A DNA stretch of 64,000 bases from Eledone cirrhosa. Lineage: Eukaryota. The notes below the pieces were generated by a model. The model did not search any database. It saw only the letters and a program-made list of their open reading frames with translations, and had not been told where the DNA came from. Position numbers and translations under genes: made by a program. This document shows positions 53,981 to 64,000 of the stretch, one piece after another; the stretch's first letter is position 1; each line of letters starts with the position of its first letter. The stretch covers positions 186,744,001 to 186,808,000 of the forward strand of contig OZ024743.1 of assembly GCA_964016885.1 (NCBI GenBank), given 5' to 3'.

Positions 53981-54079
53981 CTGATCGGCCTGATTTGCAT
54001 ATTAGCAGACTGGCTGATCAGTCAGATCTGCATATTAGCAGATCCACTGATCAGCCAGATTTGCATATCAGCAGACTGG
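53981..54079. repeat. 3 x 33 bp tandem repeat containing the octamer ATTTGCAT
   Basis: Units start at 53981, 54014 and 54047. ATTTGCAT at 53993 and 54059; ATCTGCAT in the middle unit. Confidence 0.85.
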
Positions 54080-54441
54080 TCAGTCAGTTTCCTGTATATG
54101 AGCGATAATTGGCCGGCTTTGCCAAATTCAAATAAAAAAGAAAATTTTGCTCTATACAATAAATTTCACTGAATATAATAAATGTAATCTGAGTTTTTCG
54201 AATATTAATAACAACATTCGATTTGTTTGTAATTATGCAAACAAGCCTCAATTTTATAGCCATGTCAGTAGAATGAACACTTCAATCTTGCTCTATTCGC
54301 ATTCCAACACAAGAGCAAGAATGAAGTGTTCATTCTACTGTCATGGCTATAAAATTGAGGCTTGTTTGCATAATTGCAAACAAATCGAATGTTATTATTA
54401 ATATTCAAAAAACTCAGATTACATTTATATATATATATATT

Positions 54442-54900
54442 CTAATAATAATGAAAAGGATGAAGTGTTAGATCTTCATTATGTTTATTGAGGTGTGACG
54501 CACGTTTTGCCAGCTTTTGTTTCCAGAGAAGGGACAAATTGATACAGATTAAGCTTTGAGCTGATCAATCGCAAAACATACGTCACACCTCAATAAACGT
54601 AATGAAGATCAAACACTTTTTCCTTTTCATGTGGATTGGCAGTATCGGTAGAGGGTCGGTCGCCATGCTTTGAAGCATAGAGTTACGGCCCTTGCCATTC
54701 TGAGTTCAAATCCCGCCAAGGTTAACTTTACCTTTCATCCTTATGGGGTTGATAAAATAAAGTACCAGCAATGCACTGGGTAATTGCTGGCCTTGTGCCA
54801 AAAGTAGAAACAATTATTATTAGTATTACACTCTCCTTATACCTACTAGAAAATATGCATCGAGTGCTCACTCTGGTGAACCTACAGGAACTGGACATTA
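54442..54900. mobile_element. Fold-back element with decayed HHR 3' halves; a family A SINE (54631-54815, +) is inserted in its right arm
   Basis: 54451-54510 is inverted to 54570-54630, and the arm resumes (tattattag) after the SINE. GCAAAAC..GTC-acacc occurs in both arms. Confidence 0.7.
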
Positions 54901-54911
54901 CAATCACTAAA

Positions 54912-56525
54912 TCATCATCATCATCATCATCGTTTAACGTCCATTTTCCACGCTAGCATGGGTCTGGACGGGAATTGTCCCACTTGAGGCAAGATTGGTT
55001 GTCTTGCACAGGACTGCCTGGTGGGTTTTCTATGGCTGGATGCCCTTCCTAACACCAACCACGTTTACAGTGTGGACTGGGAAGTTTTTACCGTGTTACC
55101 TACATGGCCACATTACAGCATGGACTGTGTGTTTTTTTGTCGTGACACCTACACGTCTGGCGGGTTTTCTACGGCTGGTTGCCCTTTCCAACACCAACCA
55201 CGTTTACAGTGCGTACTGGGAGGTTTTTACCGTGTTACTTACACGGCCAAATTACAGCGTGGACTGTGTGTTTTTTTGTCGTGACACCTACACGACTTCA
55301 TTTATTTCGGACTGGACATTGTGGTACCAACATAACCTTACATTGAAAGGGGTGGTGTGGATGGGGTGGGGGTAGTGGGACGAGAGTGTATTTTGTTAGA
55401 GGTGCCTACTGACTGTAGGTTTCGCTTTGTACTTAGACAAGGCGGGTCTTCTATATGACTGTGTAGATCTCGGTCCAGTGACATTGTCTTGGAGAGGTGT
55501 AAGTGTGTGAGGTCGGAATTTATCAAGTCGTCACAGGTTTTTCTGGGTCTGCCTACTCCGTGGCTACCGTCTATTTTTATCGCCCTGCACTTTTTTATAC
55601 AGCTGTCATCTTTCATGCTCATTACGTGACCTTACCAACGTAGTCTTCTCTCGAGTAAACAACATCTGATCCCTCTTATTCCTAATTTCTTCCTTAGTTT
55701 GTTTATGCTTTGCCGTTCACGTATATTACTATTACACATCCAGTGGAGCATGCAAGCTTCATTTCTCTCCAGTCTGCATATATCCTCTGCACACAATGCC
55801 TAGCTCTCAGTGCCATGTAACATTGCTGTTCATATGCAGGCATCATACAGTCTGCCTTTCATTTTTAGAGAGAACCCTTTAGCGGCCAATAGAGGTATAA
55901 GCTCTCTGAACTTTTTCCATCCCATTCTGACTCTAGCTACTGTACTTTCAGAGCACCCTCCCCCACTGCTGATTTTGTCACCCAGGTAACAGAAGCTGTC
56001 CACTATTTCTATAGAACCATCTGTGCAATGGAATGAGCTAGTATTTTTGGGGCACTTGTACCAGAGCACCGGCCACATATAAAATCTATATTCTTAGTTA
56101 GCTTACCTGTGATCCCACTACATCTTTTATGCACCCATACTTTGCATTTGGGACATAAAATAGAGTTTCTGCCTACTCCTTTCCTACACACTGAGCATGG
56201 CCATTTCCCAGATGGGACCGGTGCCCTATTTTCCTTCCTACAAACTAGAACTTTAGCCTTAGACAAGTTAACTTTAAGGCCTTTTGATTCTAGGCCATGC
56301 TTCCATGTTTGGAATTTCTTCTCTATTTCAGCCATTGATTCAGCTATGAGCGTTAGATCATCTGCATATAGGAGTTCCGATGGGTAGCCAGTCTTGAACT
56401 CCTCTGTTATAGCCTGAAGAGCAATAATAAATAGTGGGGGCTTAAGGACGGAGCCCTGATGAACACCAACTTTTACGCTAAACTCTTCACTATATTTGTT
56501 GTTAATTCTAACCTTGCTGACTGTT
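54912..56525 (-). mobile_element. RTE-clade LINE, 5'-truncated, RT with Cys-rich PHD-like insert, (GAT)n tail
   Basis: GVHQGSVL, LYADDL (~56350-56372), GLKVNLSK, CSVC..C..C..WVHKRC..CGRC, FCYLG, KGRLYDAC, GRPRKT. Frameshifted. Confidence 0.92.
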
Positions 56526-56529
56526 TCTT

Positions 56530-56567
<38 letters not shown>

Positions 56568-58767
56568 CAAATATATATATATATAATCTGGTATCTGCGG
56601 TTATTAAAGTGGAATGGTTGAACAAAAGTAAGAGGGAAGCCAGTTTTGTATTTCTATTTGACAAATTCAAAGGTTCTTATCTAAAATGGTTGCTACCCAA
56701 TTTTGATTTTTCACGCAGTATATATGATCCATTAGGTAACTATCTTTCCTATTAGCTTTTGAAACATTTTGTGTCAAAAACATACTGGTACATCTTTTAT
56801 CTCACACATCTTGTAAAGTTATGTTGGTACCACAGAACATACAGTCCACACTAAAGAGGTTGTGTAGGAGACATGACAAAAAGCACCCGGTTCACGCTGT
56901 AAAGCGGTCGTGTAGGAGACATGGTATAAAGCCTCCCAGTCCACACTGTAAATATGGTTGGTTTTAGGAAGAGCATCCAGCCATAGAAAACCTGCCAGAT
57001 ACAGTCCTATACGAGCAAGACACGATTACATGATCAATCTTGCCTCAAGTGGGACAATTCACGTCTAACCCATGCTAGCATGGAAGATAGATGTTAAAAG
57101 ATGATGATGATATGTGTGTGTGTGTGTGTGTGTAGGTTAATATGGTGCCTCTATGACTTCCTCAGGATTTATGGTCCATTCCATAAGTATATATAGTTAA
57201 CTCACAAAATGTTTTCTTTAATTATGGTTGAGTGCTCCATATTTGTGATGTCATGTTGCTATATTAAGCATTACCACCAACCTCAGCCAGTCAGCCATAA
57301 TTTTAATATCAAATATGGTATATTTGCATGGCTTGACATATTGTAAATATACACATTAATATTATCATTTCCTGTCTATATCAGATCTTTTCTCTTTTTT
57401 ATACAATCTTGCATATTTTTTTAGGAATTTCTAAAACCAAACAAACAAGATGAATCCAATAATTGGAAAACCAGCAGGTGACTCATGGTTTGGATTTTTT
57501 CAATATCACAGAAATGGGATTCCATTTGTCTTCATATCACTTTCATATCCCTAGTTAGGTTAACATGAAGTCAACTAAAACATTTCCACATGCACTATTT
57601 AGACTATGACCCCTTTGAAAAATTTTCTGCTTCCATCATCAGATTTGCCATTGGTTTATTTCCTAGTCTTTCCCTCAACAAGGATTCTTTGAAAACATTT
57701 ATTTTATAATGAAACTTTGCCTTGACTTTTGTTTTCCTCATACTTGTTGATTTACATATAGAAAAGTAGTAAACTTTTCACAACATGTTTGCTGAGGGAT
57801 TAATATCAATGGTATGAAGCTACATCCTTTCAGATTCATTAATGCCATGGTCATAATTTAGAAAAAAATAATTTGAGAGAATTTGTGTTACATGCAAGAA
57901 AATGAACAAGTGTAAAATAAATACAATGATAAGGTGACACTAAAAGTGGCTACAGAGGATGGAAACAAAATAGGACAAGTAGAAAACTACTTATACCTAG
58001 AATAAAGAACAAGTTCAAAAAGGTAAAACCCCAAAAAGAAATAAAAAAGGAAGAGATTAATGTTTGGATGAGCCTCATTCATGCAACACAACAATACTAT
58101 ATAAAGCTAATCTGCCTCAAAAGAAAACCCCTAAACCAATGCATATCATCAGCAGTCACAAGGTACCCAGCTACACTGTAAAGTGGTCATGCAGGTACCA
58201 TGACAAAAAACACCCAGTACACAAAGTAAACGTAATTGGTGTTAGGAAGGGCATCCAGCTGTAGAAACCTAGCCAAAACCAATTCTATATGAGCAAGACA
58301 TGGTCATCAAATCTGGCTTATCCCACAATGGGACAACTCATCTAACCCATACTAATGTCCAAAAATGGACGTTAAATGGTGGTGGTGGTGGTGGTGATGA
58401 TAATGATGATGAACATGGACCTAACAATAGAAATAGAGATAAAACTGGCAGTAAGTGAATATAAAATGGAATAATCATTGCTTGATATGTCAAACAAATT
58501 GATAAGAGAATGGATGAAGGTTGATGATATGCTTATCATTGCAGAAGCAGAAAATAGATGAGGGCAGGATGCATCATCAGAATGAAAAGCAAGTTTTCAC
58601 TGAATAGTAGCTAACATCATCATCATCAATACCATTTAATGTCTACTTTTCATATTTGCATGGGTTAGACGAGATGTCATGTCTTGAGGCTAGACAAGTC
58701 AGGTGACCATGTCTTGGTCATATATTCCATGTTCAGCTTGGTTTCTACAGCTGGATATTCTTCTTAA

Positions 58768-58987
58768 CCCTTTAACATTTCCATTACTCTCTATATACTA
58801 TTAATTTTCATGGTAAAGGCTTTACCATACCTAAGTATCTCACATAATATTGAATCTATGAGATTTTGATATTATTTATTTTGAGAACAATACCTTAACG
58901 TCAGTATAAGCAGCCAGTTACAGCCAGTTTGAACAAAAAGAGGTGAAAAAATTCTAGCCGGATATGGCTGGTTTAAATGCTAAAGTG
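58768..58987. mobile_element. piggyBac-type MITE, second copy, nested in an RTE tail
   Basis: TTAA at 58764-58767 and 58988-58991. Reverse complement of 1861-2221 without the SINE. Confidence 0.8.
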
Positions 58988-58991
58988 TTAA

Positions 58992-59360
58992 TGCCAACCA
59001 CTTTACAGAGCGCACTAGGAGCATGGTTTCTACATCTAGATGACCTTCCAAACACCAACTATTTTACAAACTGTACAGGTAACATGGTTTCTGTGGATGG
59101 ATGGCTCTCCTAACACTAACCACTTTACAGTGTATACAAGTAGCATTGATTTTATGGCTGGATGACTTTCCTAATGTCAACCAGTGTACAGCTTGTACTG
59201 GGAGCATTATTTCTATGGCTGAATGGCCTTCCTAACACCAACCCTTTTACAGCATGAACTGGGAACATTTTATCATGACTCTGTTACTACCAACTTACAT
59301 GGTTGACTGTGTGCCTTTCATTGAGATACCAACATTACCACTTTACAGAGTGAGCTGGGT
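58992..59360. repeat. Diverged ~60 bp tandem array derived from the RTE 3' UTR unit
   Basis: CCAACCACTTTACAG...GCAT.GTTTCTA.GGCTGGATG..CTTCCTAACA repeated about 5 times. Confidence 0.7.
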
Positions 59361-59571
59361 GCATTTTTATCATAACACAAAAACTGGAGAGGCATTCATA
59401 AGAGGGGGATACTCATACCAACGTGGGGGAAAAGTATCAGGTCATGAAGATGACCTTAAGAGAGTGAGTTATGTTTAGAAATATATTATGAAGTATGCCT
59501 GACTTTTCATACTGGCATGGGTTGAACAGGAATGAGGGTATGAGAGGAAGACCACAAAAAAATTGGTAACC

Positions 59572-59660
59572 GCATGCTGAAGTTTTCATTCAGTAGTATC
59601 GATAACCTTCACCACTAGGTGAAGATTATTAATGTTATTGGGCTGGAAACATGTTATATA
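59572..59660 (+). ncRNA. Decayed hammerhead-like motif with long stem II
   Basis: CTGAAGT...cttcacc acta ggtgaag...GAA-ACATGT-T. A9 is lost and stem I is poor. Confidence 0.4.
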
Positions 59661-60959
59661 TTGGTATGTTACATTGAGAATAGTTTCCAAATGTGTTGTA
59701 CATGAAGATCTACCCCATACTAGACATGTATATTCTGCAGATGTAATATATGTGTATGGTTGTGAGAAGGTGTGATTACATGTGAGTAAGTGAATATATT
59801 TATATATATAATAAAATACTGGACAAAAGAATTATTTTCTATTTTCTACTAAATCAACTGACACAAACTCAAATTTCCTTTCTATATTTATTTCTTTGTC
59901 AATTCAACAAATTAAATGTTTCAGTTGTCAAATATATAATCATCAATTTGCCTAAATTTCTGTCTAATGAAGGGAATATGCTTTTGCAAAAATAAAATAA
60001 TATATCTGACAAAAAAAAAAAAAATAAAATAAAACAGAGACAAAACTAAATATTTTAAAGCATTTTTCTGAATATTATTATTTTAGTTAATAAAAAATAA
60101 TAATAATAAAAAGAAAGCACGAATATTTATTGCAAGTAAAAACATTCCAGAAGATTCCAGCTACATAGCATGCTGATATAATAGCAAATATCCTGATTAA
60201 ACAACAGAATGTAATATATTCTGACGAATGTCATATGTAGATGAAATATAGCTATTACTTCATAGGTGGTCAGTTACACTGGTAATTATGGCAATAACCT
60301 GTGAGTTAAACAACACTTAATATTCTATGTACATAGTACAAGAAATTGTAAATGTTAAGTTGGATGTTATAGATAAACCTACATATGTAATAAATAATAT
60401 TTATGACAAATTGCTCCACATGTAAAATTCCAAAACACTCTTGAACAGAATATAGAGAAGATAGTATTAAAATATTGTGACCAGACATATAATATATCAC
60501 AGCAAAGAAATAGTACTTTTATAATATGCATATTTTCAAGAAGCTGGGAAAATAGAAATGTTAATGAAATATATGAATATAAAGATAGATATATAAAAAA
60601 TATATAATCAATGCTGCACTGCAAAATTCTAGTTATTTATGGAATCAAGGTCTTCCATAATAGAAATAGAAAGAGAAAAAAGTCTGTAATAAAAGTTTAA
60701 GATTCTGTTTGAATACAAATTTGTAGCTTAACTCCTCAGGAGAATTGGGTGCTTTTAAAAATTTATTAATTTTTAATACCTAAATTTTAGGGTTATTTCC
60801 ACACAAAATAGAATTTACACAATCTTTACTCACTGCCAAAAAATCAAACAAACAACAAAAGAACAATTGAACTAATGTTATTGTTACACAAACAAAATTT
60901 TAGGACCACACTCTGACATGCACTGGATAGGTTTTCTGCCAAGTGCTGCATGGTAGGAA

Positions 60960-61560
60960 TGTAAAGACTGAAACACTCAAGAAAGCCTGTACAGAGAGCT
61001 TCTACAGGTGAGTGGAGTTACACTGAAAGAGGCGGAGAAGTTCAAGTATCTCAGAGTAGTTTTCATGAGTGATGAAAGGCAGGAGGCTGAATTAAGTGCA
61101 AAAATTAGTAAGAGCTGATGATTTTGTTCATCAGAAAATGGGAGGCTGGTGTAAAAGCTAAACTCTCTATCTTCAATTAATTATTTGTATATAACCTTAC
61201 CCACGGTCATGAATCTTGGATAAGGACCAAAAAAATATGATCCTGGATATAACAAGTGGTCACAATGGGATTCATCAGAAGGGTCTTTGAGAGATGATGG
61301 CTCAGGTACTATGGACATGTGGTTAAAATGTCTAAGGAAATAATGATTATTCAGATTTAACAGGTAAAGCCAGCTAGTAGGAGATCCAGAGGTATACCAC
61401 GAAGAAGATGGTTGGATAACATCCATAAACTTAGTGATCTTGCTTGGGGACCCGTCTGGTTCATTTGGAGTGGGTTGCTTCTAATAGGACCCTTTGGAAG
61501 TTCTGTCTGAGGATTCTGCTCTCACAACCATCTCCGAAATAAGTGGGCAAAACAGAAAAG
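60960..61560 (+). mobile_element. RTE-clade LINE 3' fragment
   Basis: LKEAEKFKYLRVVFMSDERQEAEL.., GHESW, DGWIT. Homologous to 1-470 and 23110-23700. Confidence 0.75.
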
Positions 61561-63329
61561 AGAGAATAGACAATGCTGTAAGGAAGCTTGTTTGCTGAGT
61601 AGCTCAGCCTTCCCAACATGTGGATATCTGATAACAGTATCAGTTCAGAGTTTTGAGCTTATTTCCCATCATTGACAAACACTGTATTCTGCATCTAACA
61701 AAGAAACCTCTCCATCACTGGCTACATTCACCTAAATTTAAATATATTTTACTGTTACAATAAATAGCAGAATGAACTGCACACTTAATGAGTATAACTT
61801 TATCCAGATTAACATGGGCACAAGGCTACAAAGCTTGGAGAAAGAGTATAACAAAACTCAATAATATAACTAGTATTTATTTTATCCACCATGTGTAATA
61901 ATATAGTTATTCATTGTTAAACTTATTGCTATGTGTAAATATGACATATTTAATACATATCTATATTAAATTCATATGAATTAAATGATGAAAACACTAT
62001 TTGAAAGTAGTATTATAATATAAAATAGTTATAAACAATTATTATTTGTTTTTGCAGAAGTTTCTTTCTGTAACATGTAAAATAGATTCACAGAATATCT
62101 AGAAGAGGGCACATATAACAAATTTGATCTTAATTCGTGAGACTACAAAGATGAGACACATATAACAAGATGATTAGATTATAATAAGTATATAATAAAA
62201 TTAAATCGTTATCTAAAGGCCATGGTTCTTATTTAGCAATTTCATTTTTTTGTAGATAATGACAAGTAGTATTAAAAAAAATCTAATTTAAACATATATC
62301 TTATGTTCAGAAATCAATGAAGATTTCATCAATTATGAGAACTAAACGTAACCGCCAAAAACAGAAGTAATAAAAAAAGAAAGCAAAAATGTTAGCTCTC
62401 AAATTTGTATAAGATAATATTCCAACTTATAAACTATTGATTTCTATTGGAAAATATATGTTACAATAGTTTGTATGTTACAATGGTTTGGGGAATGAGC
62501 AGTTGATATGGCTCAAGTATCAATTTGATACAAAAAGAATTCAGTAATATTCATTATTGAATAGCAGATGCTTGTTTAATAATCTGTAATGGCCTGAATG
62601 GGGGTTGGGAGTGTAATCGAAGAGTTTCCTTGCAAACTGAAGAGTCCATTTAATGGTTGGATCTAATAATATTGCAAAAATCATTTATTGCTTTTCTGAT
62701 AAGAGAATTGTCAGTACTGTTGCCCGAACATTCTACAATACCTAAAATAAGTATAGTATACAGATAATTAGGTTGTTGCAAATGGTAGCAATGAAAAGCA
62801 ATCACTTCTTCAGATTTCCCCAGATGATTTGGAAATGGAAATGAGTATGATAGGAATGGTATTATTTGCTTGTTATTTTTATATCCTAAAGGATTTCCTA
62901 GATGTATGAAATACAGAAATGTCATGTTAAAGGAAATGAGCATAGGATATCTATTTCAAGATTTATTGACTCTACTTCGCTTTTGTATATAACTTTAAAA
63001 CTAGAAGTAGAAGAGTATGGTTAACTTTAGTCTATTATATGAAATACAAATGATGATACAATTATGGCATCTCACCCTTATGTACCATATCTGCAGTTCT
63101 TATATTTTTCCTTTTTTAAACTAATGCAAAAAGGCTTTCAAGATGACGTTCTTGAATTAATAGTGATACATGTTATATTTCAGTACAATTACTTATAAGT
63201 ATATATACACATAAGATACATATATTGATTGGTAGATTGATCGATTATATTTACTAACTCTGAGCAGAATTATTGAAGTACCTTAGTTTTGCTTTGTATA
63301 CATAAGATGATATTCATGATTAATGATAA

Positions 63330-64000
63330 TCATCATCATTTTTACATCCACTTTTCCATGTTTGCATGGGAGGGACAAGCGTTCTTCTATATCACATCTA
63401 ACCACTTATTCCATTCATTTGTATTGAGGTTCAACCCCCTGAGTTCAAATTCTCCACATTTGCAATATCTTCTTCATCCACAAGATCACCTAACACTTCT
63501 TTACCCATCTATCATACATGGTCTCCCTTCTTGCACCCTGATTCCTTTCATATTGTCTCAAATTATCTGTACCACATTGTTCATATACAATAACATTATA
63601 CATCCAATGGAGAATGGTCACATCATTTCTTTCCAGCTTCTTCTCAATCCACTGTTTCTAATGGCCATATCTTGCTAACATGTAATTTTACACTTCATAT
63701 ACAAGCATCATAGAATCTACCCTTCACTTGAAAAAGAGTCTCTTTATTGCCAGTAGAAGTAATAGCACCTTGAATTTTCTTCCCTTTGTTTTTATTCACC
63801 ATACCCTCCTCCATTGCTAATTGAGATGCTTAAGTAACAGAAGCCATCAATTATTTCTATGGAGCCTCCTGGGTATTGGAAGGAATATATTTTACTTATG
63901 CTCTGAATGCTAACTACTCAAGTACATCTGCTACATACAATGTCCTTTTTCTCTTTTACGCTGTCTATTATCCCACTATATCTCTTGTGCAGCCATAGAT
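63330..64000 (-). mobile_element. Degenerate RTE LINE fragment
   Basis: Homologous to 55830-56140 (SIEIIDGFCYL, FQVKGRFYDAC, WLHKR). (CAT)n tail near 63331. Confidence 0.65.

Larger units (their letters stand above)
53578..54430 (-). mobile_element. Non-coding retrozyme/pLTR-like element: terminal direct repeat + inverted tail + internal HHR, with nested SINE
   Basis: 53581-53846 (minus the SINE at 53648-53754, TSD ATATTAATAAT) repeats directly at ~54138-54295. 54301-54428 is an inverted copy. TA arrays flank it. Confidence 0.85.

Noticed and set aside
53981-54079. CRISPR-like array
   Set aside because: Head-to-tail tandem repeat without unique spacers, eukaryotic context, no cas genes.
62650-62943. 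97 aa ORF in unique sequence
   Set aside because: No recognisable motif or splice context; length compatible with chance.

Overview
AT-rich, microsatellite-dense eukaryotic DNA with no convincing host protein-coding exon. The SINE and RTE repeat complement looks like an octopod cephalopod (inference). Most ORF-track entries are translations of (TA)n/(CA)n/(GA)n arrays. The real content is mobile DNA: two long Penelope-like retroelements (PLEs; a Naiad-type copy at ~6.8-10.2 kb and a young, doubly frameshifted copy at ~10.2-14.3 kb), a 5'-truncated third PLE (28.0-30.1 kb), RTE LINE fragments, several tRNA-derived SINE families, a piggyBac MITE and a piggyBac transposase relic. The main signal is a dense set of type I hammerhead ribozyme (HHR) motifs: by eye roughly 25 intact, variant, half or decayed copies from about 15 different sequence families. 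They sit in PLE pseudo-LTRs or in small non-coding elements, nearly all embedded in (TA)n-rich arrays. Many are folded back into inverted repeats, and many carry a shared RCTC...GAGY stem downstream of the ribozyme. All structures were assigned by manual inspection; no folding program or database search was run.
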